A stretch of DNA of 64,000 nt from Macrostomum lignano (GCA_002269645.1 NIVC01000260.1:659171-723170); one strand, 5' to 3'; counted from the stretch's first letter, positions 36,345-48,376 are shown. The notes: generated from the sequence alone by a model not told the origin. Numbers and translations: made by a program.

Positions 36345-38870
36345 AGCGTTATAATATTGTTGTTGTTAAACGGGGTGCCATGCGGCGTGGACCTACCGAT
36401 CTACCGATGATACGAGAGCGTAATAGGGGTAGGTCAGAAGCGTATGCTAGCTGGGGCCATCTCAACATTGAATTCCTATGGGTTGCCTCACAAAGATGGC
36501 AGACCCATACGGCGGGGTTCAAAGGCGAAAATGTTGGGGGTCCTGACTGCGAAGCTGTTTATGATTTGCAAGGCTTGGCACCGCCAACCCACCTTGTGGA
36601 CCTGCTTCGATCTCCTCAGAGACCAACCACAGGCGTAACCTATACCCATCGGGCCAGGTCAGTTTCGCCATGGCGGGGTACCAACTTCTGGGGCTCATGC
36701 CTTCCAGGTGGCCCTTTTTTGGATGCAGCTACTGAGGCACAAGGCCTGACCAGGTGGTCCATTTGCCAGCTCCCATCGCAGGTAGGATCCGCTCGCCAAC
36801 TGGTAGGAGAAAACAGGCTGCCTGTCGCCAAGCTTGCTGATGCAGAGGTGATTCTCTAGCACGGCCACCGGGCAAAGCGGGTGTCCGACTTTTAGCCTTG
36901 GAAGCAACACTCGCTGCAGCATCGCGACAAACTGGTTCGTCTTGCCATAACTGACGGAGAGCACAACCGAAAGTGGCGTTGAAAGGCTGAGATGGAGATC
37001 GATAAAGCGGAGACTGGACCGCCGAAACACCCCCCACCTAGCAATCAGGCTCACAAGCCAGCAGACTCTACCAGGTTACTGCTCAAATTAAGCTGGATCC
37101 TCACAGACATCTGCAGATTCCGTCTTGGCCGCTGGCCCATTCTGTTTTGTTAGGTCCTCAGCACCACAGGCTTTGACTTAGCTGGACAGTGCACTGACGT
37201 GGACACGCTGACTGTTAAACGATCTCAGGCGGCATTCAACCAGGTGAGCCAGGTAGTTGGGTAAGCACCGACCAGTCGGATCGAACCGGGTTGGTCCCGT
37301 TCTCGCTGCAGTAACTGCGCCAGGACCGGACGGCCGCTGAGATCGGCCCTACGCGACTGCGGTGCGTACGGTCTGCTGCGGCGAGGAGGCCGGAGGCGGC
37401 GGTGCCGAGGGTGATCCGAAAATTCTGCAGGGAAAATTTGCACAGAGACATAAAAACTGAAAAAAATGAGCAACTCATTAGCAGCATCGGCAAACAGCTG
37501 ATAGACACCCTGGAACGGGAAACACCGTAAAAATTTTACGTCAAAACACGGACAGAGCAACGCAACAAACTACAGCAACCACATAAGCCGCGAGTCCTTG
37601 GAGACGCCTCGTCTCAGAATCCAACACGCCCTATCATTGTCGCACCTGACCCCCGGCCAAGGATTGGCCCGATCTCAAAACAGCCGGCAAGATAACCACA
37701 GCCTCCTTGAAATCGATGCAGTAATGCTGATAAACACCATTCGCGCCAGTCTGCCAGACAATGAAGCACCAATCGCGAATTCTATCAACGTCACAGAGCA
37801 CAGCCGCAGCACCTGAAGACGACGAGTCGGTCTCCATGGTAACACAAGCCCTCCGCGAAGTCTACAGACCAATACCGATGCAATGCTGCAAAGCCAAACG
37901 CCACCAGGAGAGGTGGTGCACCACGGAGGGGCCAACAAGAATCCTGTCATGAGGCCGATTCAGTTTGTCGAAAATGTCGATTAGAGGTCGGAGGAAAACT
38001 CTCCCGTGCCGAACAACTTGCGACGCCCAGTTTAACATGCCAATCAGCTTTTGTAAACTTGACTTTGACAGCCTTTTCTTCGAAGAGCAGAGAGATAAAA
38101 CGTGCAAAAAACTTTGGACCTTGTCGACAGGAAGACATCTGACCGCCAGCCACGCTATCGAATAAAATTCCCAGAAAGGTCATCCGCGTTGTCGGTGGAA
38201 CAACACTTGCTACGATTCAGTGAATACCAGCCGCTCCAGCAGATCGATGAGATGATTGTAGAACTTCCAGCAGCACTCTCCAGATCTCCACAAAAGACGA
38301 AGTCATCCATGTAGGTCTCTATGGCGTCGAAACCATGTTTCAACATCATAAAACGCACAGTTTGACTCAGCTCATGACAGTACAAAACGGAAGCCGAAGC
38401 CCAAAAGAGCATACAGGTGCACAGAATCTGCACAGAACAGTAGCCGATCTGTGATTTGCCGTGTGCTTCTTAAAATCCATCACTTTGAATTGCCGTGTAC
38501 TTCTGAAGCTGTTCTTTACACCATCGAGCACGAACCTGACTCGGTCCTTCGGCATCTCGGTCCCAGCCAGCTCTTCCCGTCAAACCACAAAGACAAGGTC
38601 GCTTGGCAATTCCGTTGAGCTCGGGCCCCTTTAGGGAAGTTCCTCCGTGGGGGCACATGGTGACCCGGCGGAGGACTTCGAGTCCTGTGCCCCCAAGTCG
38701 ATAAAGTCGCCAAACGACAGCGACTCGGGACTGACGTGCCTTAACCGCACAGGCCTTGTCAGTCGAACAACAGACTTCCTTGTCTCCTTGTCTCCGCTTC
38801 TGCAAGCATTCGTTGTTGGTGTCTTTCTTGTCATCTTGAGTACGAGTGTACATATTATGGCGCCTCTCTA
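36345..38870 (-). mobile_element. Decayed DIRS-order (Ngaro-like) tyrosine-recombinase retrotransposon: RT (internally deleted), RNase H, YR
   Basis: FVLDGVKNSF..NHRSAT, ETYMDDF, MTFLGILFDS, LQKLIGMLNWASQVV..RVFLR..LSWW, then YR-like GKTNQF..PLCPV..KRATW; multiple frameshifts. Subclass assignment is tentative. Confidence 0.8.
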
Positions 38871-40237
38871 GTGTACATTCTCTAGACTCTAGTGAGAAAG
38901 GTATTAAAAAGTATTATGATGCTTTTTTCTCGTATGTAATACATTGTAAACTAACAATTTATGTTGTATTAAAATAGGTATAATTCTTGCCCCTTATGTT
39001 ACTTATAATAGCGCCTTAAGTCTTCTTCAAGACAGGAAATGTGAGGGCTGATTGATGCATGGGGTGGCTGGGGACTCAGATAGGACTGATAGCAATTATA
39101 TAAGCAGACTTTTAAACAATGGAATGGAATGCCAGCAGCTTTTACATGTCGTTTTGGATATAGCTGCTGTTTATGGATCTTCAATTTTAGAAAAAAATAA
39201 TCCCATGAGAAAGGACTGGCAACGGAGTAAAAAATCTGTTCCAAGAGGACCGAAGGCGGACCCACAAAAACAACACCTGCAGGAGTTCTTTTGATGGTTT
39301 TAAGAGTGCAAACTGTACATTTACAGTCAGAATTTCTGGTTTTAGAAAAATAATAAACAATATTGATTGTCTGCTGGGAAAAAGACTTGTCAGAGTCCTA
39401 TCTGGGTCTTCCGGACTCATCTTTTCACACCGGGATGAGAGGTAAAAACGCGTTGCATGCACAACTAAATCAGAATCGCCAATAATGTTTGATTTACTGC
39501 GAGCTTGAGAGAAATTAGAAAGGAAGGTTCCGCAATCCACATTTTCATGACGCTGATTTTTAATAGAACTGGTGGACAAGGCAGTTTCCTCGCACACATG
39601 TATAGGGGTGATTCTCGTAATCATCAAACGGGGAACAATGGGGGCATGGGTATGACTCAAACGCACTGGAGGACGCGGTGCGCTAGCACTGCAAGAGTGC
39701 CCGGCACAACAGCAAAAGAACTGCTGGACAAGAAAGTCAAAAAAGGGATATTGCTGCTAATTGAAGTCTCAAAGCCAACCATACCAAGTTCAGCCTCGGA
39801 TGCATCAGGTGGCCAAAAGTTTTGGTAAAGTTTACCCTTCCACAGCGGATAATGGACACAGCAAATGCAACTCTTGCCAGCTCACGACTGTCAATAAACC
39901 CCGGATGTGGCGTCTTCCTACACAAATGTGGAAATAAAACTGTTCCCCAAAATCGACATTGCAAAATGAAGAAGAAAATGGAATAAGAGAGGAGAGAGGA
40001 TTGTATCTGCATCGTCAAGGGATTTTCACAGACATTGAGACAGTCAGATCGAGACACCCAACAGTAGAAGAAAGCGACAAGTGACTGCAGGCGGAATCAA
40101 ACTCTTGCAGCAAAGAATCGAACAACAACAAAAAGGCAAGAATTAAACTGCCATTAAATCATATAGAAATAATGAGCATTCCTACGAATTCTCGTGGCCT
40201 GAAATTTACGCTTTTTAGGTTCAGAGAGCATCGCCAA

Positions 40238-40957
40238 ATGCATGCGCTGCTGCTGCTGCTGCTGCTGAGCTGCCAGCTGCTACCGACGCAGGCCCTGCCG
40301 TGTCCCGCACCGTTCACCATGCAGGCCGGTCTGCGCCTGTTCGTGAGCACAGCTCACAGCCACAGCTGGTGCTCAGCCAATCGGCAGTGCGCATCGATCG
40401 GAGGCGAGCTCGTTAACTCGCACAGCTCCATCCTGGCGCTGAGTAGCAGCGGCATCAGCTCATCCTGCAGTTGCCACCTGTGGATCGGACTCAGCCAGCT
40501 GGCAGACTACAGAGGCAAGAGTACGGCTGGATGGCAGAGGGTCAATGGCAACGGCATCTTTCCGGATGACAGCACTCTGCTCAGAGGGCTGAGTGACAAC
40601 TATGAAGAATTCTGTCTAAGAATAAAACCTGATGGAAAGATCGCTACAAGAGAATGCTGGAAAAATTATGGATTCATCTGCGAGTTCGTGAACAAAACTG
40701 GACCCCAAGCTGATCGAACCTGGACGGCCGCCCGCTTTGACCCAGCGAATTACAACAACTCCTACTATTGCTTCGAAGATGCAAAAAACATTGATAGCGT
40801 CATCGAGTGTACAGCTGCTGGCATGTGTGCGGCCAGCTGCAGACACGTGCTGTACAACAGCAAGCTGAGAGCCTGCCGCCTGCTGCTGTTCACCGACGCT
40901 CAGATGGAGGCGGAGATCGAGACGAACGCCGACTGGGTCAAGTTCCGCCTGGTCTGA
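40238..40957 (+). CDS. Secreted C-type lectin + PAN/apple-like protein, copy D (239 aa); real start likely ATG 40238 rather than 40172
   Basis: AGCATCGCCAAATG start context is shared with copy C; signal peptide; one N-terminal Cys changed to Arg (GLRLF). Confidence 0.88.
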   Translation: MHALLLLLLLSCQLLPTQALPCPAPFTMQAGLRLFVSTAHSHSWCSANRQCASIGGELVNSHSSILALSSSGISSSCSCHLWIGLSQLADYRGKSTAGWQRVNGNGIFPDDSTLLRGLSDNYEEFCLRIKPDGKIATRECWKNYGFICEFVNKTGPQADRTWTAARFDPANYNNSYYCFEDAKNIDSVIECTAAGMCAASCRHVLYNSKLRACRLLLFTDAQMEAEIETNADWVKFRLV

Positions 40958-41231
40958 TTCGAAGGGAACAAACACACTACAGAGCAGATCGTACAGGTTC
41001 AATTGCACCTGTTTGTCCCTTATTATTTAAATAACTAAGATTAAATATCAAATTTATCACGAACTGTTGTCTTAATGAGCAAAAAGTACTAGCAAGTTAA
41101 ATAAACAATGGCATTCCAAAAAGCAGGTTTTATTTCAGTCTTCCAGTATTTCATTTTTTACGCACAGCAGATTATAGGCTCAGATACTAACTACATAGAT
41201 ACTACCAGATTCGTTTTTTTATGCGCACGAC

Positions 41232-41395
41232 TCCTGGGAGGGGCAGGAATCCCAGGAGGGGTGGGAATCCCAGGAGGGTGGGAATCCCAGGAGGAATGGG
41301 AATCCCAGGAGGGGTGGGAATCCCAGGAGGGGTAGGAATCCCAGGAGGGGTGGGAATCCCAGGAGGGGTGGGAATCCCAGGAGGGGCGGGAATCC
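41232..41395. repeat. 18-bp G-rich tandem repeat (GGAATCCCAGGAGGGGTG)n
   Basis: Visible units. Confidence 0.9.
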
Positions 41396-41754
41396 TTTTA
41401 GGGGCTTGCGGCATCCATATCGCGCGCTCGGGTGCCTACATATCGGTAAATACATATCCGGGCGCTACATATCGATACCTACATATCAAAGAGCGTACAT
41501 ATCGGGGCACCTGCGGGGCGCGTACATATCAGGGCGCCTACATTTCGGCGCTTAGCGCCATGCGCCGGCGGGGTGCCTGCGGCATACATATCGGGACGAC
41601 TTTGGGGTACGAAATCGGCACTTGGCGCCGCGCGCCTGCCGGTGCTTGGCGTCGAGTGCCGACCAGAGGCGAGATGGGTTGAAATCAACCTCACCTCCAA
41701 AAAGGGCCCTTAATAAGTCTCTAGTAGTGCTTTTTAGATCTCAAAAACCTAAAA

Positions 41755-43705
41755 AGATGTGTTTTAGGTCTGCAGGATCTACCTGTAGGTGTGTTTTAGG
41801 TCTGCAGGATCTACCTGTAGGTGTGTTTTAGGTCTGCAGGATCTAAATGTAGTTGTGTTTTAGGTCTGCAGGATCTACATGTAGGTGTGTTTTAGGTCTG
41901 CAGGATCTACATGTAGGTATGTTTTAGGTCTGCAGGATCTACACGTAGGTGTGTTTTAGGTCTGCATGATCTATAGGTGTGTTTTAGGTCTGCAAGATCT
42001 AAATGTAGGTGTGTTTTAGGTTCGCAGGATCTATAGGTGTGTTTTAGGTCTGCAGGATCTATAGGTGTGTTTTAGGTCTGCAGGATCTATAGGTGTGTTT
42101 TAGGTCTGCAGGATCTACATGCAGGTGTGTTTTAGGTCTCCAGGATCTATAGGTGTGTTTTAGGTCTGCAGGATCTATAGGTGTGTTTTAGGTCTGCAGG
42201 ATCTATAGGTGTGTTTTAGGTCTGCAGTATCTACATGTAGGTGTGTTTTAGGTCTGCAGGATCTACATGTAGGTGTGTTTTAGGTCTGCAGGATCTATAG
42301 GTGTGTTTAGGTCTGCAGTATCTACATGTAGGTATGTTTTAGGTCTGCAGGATCTACATGTAGGTGTGTTTTAGGTCTGCAGGATCTACACGTAGGTGTG
42401 TTTTAGGTCTGCAGGATCTATAGGTGTGTTTTAGGTCTGCAGGATCTATAGGTGTGTTTTAGGTCTGCAGGATCTATAGGTGTGTTTTAGGTCTGCAGTA
42501 TCTACATGTAGGTGTGTTTTAGGTCTGCAGGATCTACACGTAGGTGTGTTTTAGGTCTGCAGGATCTACACGTAGGTGTGTTTTAGGTCTGCAGGATCTA
42601 CATGTAGGTGTGTTTTAGGTCTCCAGGATCTAAATGTAGGTGTGTTTTAGGTCTGTAGGATCTATAGGTGTGTTTTAGGTCTGCAGGATCTATAGGTGTG
42701 TTTTAGGTCTGCAGGATCTACATGTAGGTATGTTTTAGGTCTGCGGGATCTACACGTAGGTGTGTTTTAGGTCTGCAGGATCTATAGGTGTGTTTTAGGT
42801 CTGCAAGATCTACATGTAGGTGTGCTTTAGGTCCGCAAGATCTACGTGTGTTTTAGGTCTGCAGGATCTACCTGTAGGTGTTTTTTAGGTCTGCAGGATC
42901 TACATGTAGGTGTGTTTTAGGTCTCCAGGATCTATAGGTGTGTTTTAGGTCTGCAGGATCTATAGGTGTGTTTTAGGTCTGCAGGATCTATATGTGTGTT
43001 TTAGGTCTGCAGTATCTACATGTAGGTGTGTTTTAGGTCTGCAGGATCTACACGTAGGTGTGTTTTAGGTCTGCAGGATCTACACGTAGGTGTGTTTTAG
43101 GTCTGCAGGATCTACATGTAGGTGTGTTTTAGGTCTGCAGGATCTACACGTAGGTGTGTTTTAGGTCTGCAGGATCTATAGGTGTGTTTTAGGTCTGCAG
43201 GATCTACATGCAGGTGTGTTTTAGGTCTGCGGGATCTACATGTAGGTGTGTTTAGGTCTGCAGGATCTACATGTAGGTGTGTTTTAGGTCTGCAGGATCT
43301 ATAGGTGTGTTTAGGTCTGCAGTATCTACATGTAGGTATGTTTTAGGTCTGCAGGATCTACATGTAGGTGTGTTTTAGGTCTGCAGGATCTACACGTAGG
43401 TGTGTTTTATGTCTGCAGGATCTATAGGTGTGTTTTAGGTCTGCAGGATCTACATGTAGGTGTGTTTTAGGTCTGCAGGATCTACATGTAGGTGTGTTTA
43501 GGTCTGCAGGATCTACATGTAGGTGTGTTTTAGGTCTGCAGGATCTATAGGTGTGTTTAGGTCTGCAGTATCTACATGTAGGTATGTTTTAGGTCTGCAG
43601 GATCTACATGTAGGTGTGTTTTAGGTCTGCAGGATCTACACGTAGGTGTGTTTTAGGTCTGCAGGATCTATAGGTGTGTTTTAGGTCTGCATGCAGGTGT
43701 GTTTT
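41755..43705. repeat. About 1.95-kb minisatellite of mixed 28/32-bp units (GTGTGTTTTAGGTCTGCAGGATCTA[TAG|CATGTAG])n
   Basis: Visible tandem units with two length variants. Confidence 0.97.
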
Positions 43706-44149
43706 TGTATGGGTAATCCATACAGAATTTTGGCGATGGTTATGCTACTCAACTCGGTGAAGACTTGCTCCTTGTATCAGCAATTTAGCAACAAACAATT
43801 TCTGCAAAATTTAAAAAGAAATTAGAATATCGTGATTTTGTTGGAATTTAGGTATAAGGCAGATCAGATCGGCTGGCTACATTTATCAAAAAATCTTAAA
43901 ATATTATTTAAAAACGATAATAGAGAATTTGAAAATATATATCATATCATAATTGAAAGTTTTTATGATATCCGGATTTTTTAAACTAAAACTAAACTAA
44001 ACTAAAAACTAAACTACTCGTATTTCAAACTAAAAAACAGAAGTTGATACTGTAGGAGCTGGCAAAATAGTTTATTGAAGTTCTGTTGAAAATTAGCGTA
44101 TATAGAGTTGCTATCGCATCAGGATCGTCAGCTGTTGCTAGCAGGTGGC

Positions 44150-44344
44150 TCACAGCCGGGAGCTGATGGCAGCCACAGCGGCAGCTGGCAACAGCAGCAG
44201 CCAGAAGAGACTGCCGAGTCGCTCACCGAAGTTGCAGAGGTCAGTGCTGCAGCAATAGACTTCGTTTCCATACCGGTCGATTCCCGGGTTGCAGTAGCTG
44301 GCGCAGAAGCGGTCCACAGTCCCGGTGCCAGTGTATTTGTACTT
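44150..44344 (-). CDS. Ly6/uPAR (three-finger) GPI-anchored protein, exon 3
   Basis: FCASYC..VYCCSTDLCN (CCxxDxCN motif) followed by a hydrophobic GPI signal; acceptor TTGCAG in phase 0. Confidence 0.85.
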   Translation of the reverse strand, partial: KYKYTGTGTVDRFCASYCNPGIDRYGNEVYCCSTDLCNFGERLGSLFWLLLLPAAAVAAISSRL

Positions 44345-44414
44345 CTGCAATTAGTCACACCGAATGATGAGGTGAATCATGAGCTGATCAAACTGTCTGA
44401 CAGGTTTAACTCAC

Positions 44415-44527
44415 GGCACAGGCGTTGCAGCCGCTAAAAACCCTGCTTTTGTTGCGATCGAATGTCTCGCTGCAGGATGTGCAGTTGTAGCAGTCCAGGT
44501 TGAAAGCATTGGCGCTGAGCGTCACAG
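44415..44527 (-). CDS. Ly6/uPAR three-finger protein, exon 2 (AVTLSANAFNLDCYNCTSC..GCNACA)
   Basis: Acceptor CCTTGCAG in phase 1, donor GCC|GTGAGT in phase 0; LxCYxC motif. Confidence 0.82.
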
Positions 44528-44593
44528 CTGCAAGGACGATTTGGTTTCCATAGAAACTAAGAAGCTAGATCAACCAGTCACTTCACTACTCAC

Positions 44594-44627
44594 CTCCGAG
44601 CACCAGAAGAAGCAGGGTGAAGCGCAT
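44594..44627 (-). CDS. Ly6/uPAR three-finger protein, exon 1 (signal peptide MRFTLLLLVLG)
   Basis: ATG plus hydrophobic run, donor G|GTGAGT in phase 1. Confidence 0.8.
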
Positions 44628-45524
44628 GGTTGCTCTAGTAGGGGCTTGTATTTTTCTTCTCAACAGAGGGGTTCGCTATGTGGCTTGTTAACATTTGCTA
44701 TTTGAGCTATGGACTGCATGGATGGGGCCAGTTTTTATGTTGTGGGTTGGCTGCCATGACAAAGCTGCTTAGAAAATAATTTATTAGCGGACAGAAAAAC
44801 TCTTAAGAAGAATAATTAGCAGGTTTGCCGCCTCACCAATCTGTCCACTGACTGCTGCACAAGCGTCAGCTCAAACTGAGTTAAAATTGAGCTGCTTGTG
44901 CCTTTTGGGTTTCTGCAATTCGCAACTTATTCTTGTAGGCAGGAGTGGGCCGGACGTCAGACCCAAACAGTTAAGCTCGATGCAGAGGAGAGGAGCCGCA
45001 GCGCTACGCTCGCAGACTAAAGTGATACCCATTGTAAGCCGTATGCCCAGGACAAGTAAATGCTCCTGCTCTGAGTTGGAGTAATTATGCCCAGAGCTAA
45101 GCAACCTTTTGTATGAATAAATATTTATCTCAAACTTCGAGCAAGCTCTCAAGCAACCGAGGCAGACAGAGAATGGATATGAAAATTCCTGTAACTTTTT
45201 TCAGGGTAAAAATAAGGAACGAAACCTCTCCCCCCTGTCCTCCCCTGTCCTCTCGAATAGACGACCTTCAAATGGAACACCGCCTCCAAGGCGAGCCATT
45301 GCCACCTCTATACTTTTCCAACAATGCGAACTCTCAGCCACTGCATCTTTTTTTGCTTGATGAGGCGCCTGCTATGAGTTTGCTCAAGTCTCACAGATTT
45401 TGTAGACGAGTCCATATCTTAGTTATACGTTCGTACAAGCAAGCGGTTGTGTCAATTTAAAAAAGATAAAATTCCAAGCGATAGGTAAATTACAGGAAAC
45501 TTTACAACAGAAAAGCCATTTTTC

Positions 45525-46815
45525 CGCCCGTCGAACTACCAAGAGGGGGGGGGGGAATTCAAGAACACGGGCCAAATTTTTGTTGCGCACCTTCTCAAAC
45601 ATGAATCAAGTCATCAGCCCTCCGGACCGTCGAGATATTCGATGATTCTGCCAGAAGGTCGGATTTTTCCCATAAGTGCTAGTGTATTCAGTACACCCCT
45701 GTGCGCCAATCAGCACTGCGCCTCAGTGCAGCCTTGCCAAGTCTCCAAATTTCATCAGCGCGTCGACCACATGTGTCTGCATCAGCTCTGACTTCGTTGG
45801 TCACTAGCCTTCACCCAGGTGGAGCTTCTGGACCCTCAACAGGTGGCACCAGGTGACTATGGACACCCTGATGCGGATTTCTCTAGTTTCGCCGATCAAG
45901 CCTCGACAGTGGGCAAGAATCAACCGCCAGACATTCTCAGCTAGTCTCTCAAGCATTCCGTCATCATCCCGACGCCGTCGGCTCCTTCAACAGATTACAC
46001 CAGGTGACTATGGACAGCCCGATAAGTATTTCTCTAGTTTCGCTAATCAAGCCTCGACAGTGGGCAAGAATCAACCGCCAGACATTCTCAGCTAGTCTCT
46101 CAAGCATTCCGTCATCATCCCGACGTCGTCGGCTCCTTCAACAGATTACACCAGGTGACTATGGACAGCCCGATAAGTATTTCTCTAGTTTCGCTAATCA
46201 AGCCTCGACAGTGGGCAAGAATCAACCGCCAGACATTCTCAGCTAGTCTCTCAAGCATTCCGTCATCATCCCGACGTCGTCGGCTCCTTCAACAGATTAC
46301 ACCAGGTGACTATGGACAGCCCGATAAGTATTTCTCTAGTTTCGCTAATCAAGCCTCGACAGTGGGCAAGAATCAACCGCCAGACATTCTCAGCTAGTCT
46401 CTCAAGCATTCCGTCATCATCCCGACGCCGTCGGCTCCTTCAACAGATTACACCAGGTGACTATGGACAGCCCGATAAGTATTTCTCTAGTTTCGCTAAT
46501 CAAGCCTCGACAGTGGGCAAAAATCAACTGCTGGACATCCTCAGCTAGTCAGTCAAGCATTCAGCCATCACCCGGACGCCGTCGGCACCTTCAACAGATT
46601 ACACCAGGTGACTATGGACATCCTGTTGCAAATATGTCAGGTTTTTCTTATCAAGTTTCAATAATGGGCAAACCTCAACTGCTGGACATCCTCAGCTAGT
46701 CAGTTAAGCATTTAGCCATCACCCCGACGTCGTCGGCACCTTCAACAGGTGGCACCAGGGGAGTAAGGACACCTGAGCGTGATTTTTCATCATGTTCTTA
46801 ACATTTCTGAAGCTC
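45525..46815 (+). mobile_element. Longest copy of repeat family X, with an internal 151-bp tandem array (about 45853-46750)
   Basis: Same terminus CCGCCCGTCGAACTACCAAG; ORF-track repeats are spaced exactly 151 bp (45853, 46004, 46155, 46306, 46457). Confidence 0.85.
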
Positions 46816-47339
46816 TCAATTTTTTAAGCACGGACATTGCTATGGTTAAGCTTGAACTCATGTTGCTGTATGTTTATATTATTATTACACATACTTTTAT
46901 ACATAAAATTATGCATATGCATCATTTAAAAAATGAAAAAACCGATTGAATTTACTGGCTTCTTAAAATAATGTGTGTGTTCGAAAGTCTTTCTGACTTG
47001 TGAGCAGAAGATAACAGGAATAAAAACTGTTATAGGGCACAAAGGTCATGGTACAATAAGTATTTTATGCTCTTTAATTGCCTACACTATTCAATGTTTG
47101 TGCGTTGTGCTAAAATGTATTCATATGTTGTCTATGGCAAAAACTCACTGTTTCTTTTACATTCCTGCCCGGCAAATCGGATAGAAATCCATAATCCTTA
47201 AGTCCATGTCTCCTCTAAGCCTCGATCTTGCCGATGCTGCTGATGCGATGCTGTTGATAATCAGAGTCTGATAAGGTTTGCTGATGAGGCATTACAATTT
47301 GCTGCATCGCTTGCTGCATCGGCAGTTGGGAAAGCGACT

Positions 47340-47535
47340 GAACTCTCATCAGGACAGGCTGAAACCCCTGAACTCTCATTAAGACAATCTTGAAGTTCTG
47401 GGACTCTCATTAGGACAAACTGAAGCCACTGAAGTCTCATTAGGACAATCTGAAGCTCCTGAATTCTTATTAAGACAATCTGAAGTTCCTGAACTATTAG
47501 TAGGACAATCTGAAGCCCCTGAACTCTCATTCGGA
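47340..47535. repeat. Degenerate 30-bp tandem repeat (ACTCTCATTAGGACAATCTGAAGCCCCTGA)n
   Basis: Visible units. Confidence 0.8.
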
Positions 47536-48051
47536 CTGGCGAACTGAAATGATCTTTAAAAAAACAATTTCGATAGTTTATATTAATAAAAATATCAACT
47601 TGCATAAGACAGACAAACCTCAGAACTTCAAAGGCTAAATAGCTATACATACTTTACTAGCAGGCATTTATAATTTTATTTTAGCAAAGCGACTATTGCA
47701 TCCTGTTTGTAATGTAGAGACAGAGAGAAGTACATTTTATGATGGCATCGGATATGATAGATAGAATGTATAATTTACACACAAGATGGCAATCAGGTAA
47801 CAGAAATGTTGCTGAATTATTTATTTAAAAATTAAAGCGCTTGCGGACATTAATATTCTACTGCAGTCTCTGATACACAGTCACAAAAATCATACACTCG
47901 GCGCGCTACTTGCAGTAATACGAGTAACTACTAGCAAAAAACACTGGTGCAATTATCAGATTAATTCATACACACTCAGTGCTTTTGCAAGTTATAAAAC
48001 AATAAGGCCAAATATTAATTACAGTAACCTGCGAAGTTAAAACAACATTTA

Positions 48052-48376
48052 CTAGAATACAGATAACTAGATGGGCCACTCTGGCATATAAGACTTAGCA
48101 AAACAGCTCTCTGCTTTCAGTTCAGTAGCAAATAAGAATACATAAGCAATTTTATAAAAATAAAGGCAGGTAATAAAGTACCGAGGAAGGTAATAAAAAA
48201 TGGGTAGTGGGGCAGGGGTGGACGTTCTGTGGGGAGTTTGAGGGTTTAAGCTGGGAGGAGAGCCAATAAATGAGCATTGGCTTTAAAAATACATTAAAAT
48301 GCTTCAGTTAAACTTACTACTGAACTGAAAGTAGCTTACACGCAAATGTGCTGAGTGGCCCATCTAGTTATTCTAG
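48052..48376. mobile_element. MITE, second copy of the 15836-16255 family (inverted)
   Basis: TIR ACTAGATGGGCCACTC / GAGTGGCCCATCTAGT plus shared internal blocks. Confidence 0.75.

Noticed and set aside
39000-40150. Coding-like remnants upstream of lectin D (possible transposase)
   Set aside because: Multiple stops and no motif I can confidently assign
40172-40237. 22-codon N-terminal extension of lectin D
   Set aside because: Placed before the signal peptide, absent from paralog C, and contains a splice-acceptor-like TTTTTAG
34631-40957. Diversity-generating retroelement (C-type lectin targets next to a reverse transcriptase)
   Set aside because: The RT is a decayed DIRS-type with an internal deletion. 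There is no TR/VR pair differing only at adenines, and paralog differences affect all bases and include indels.
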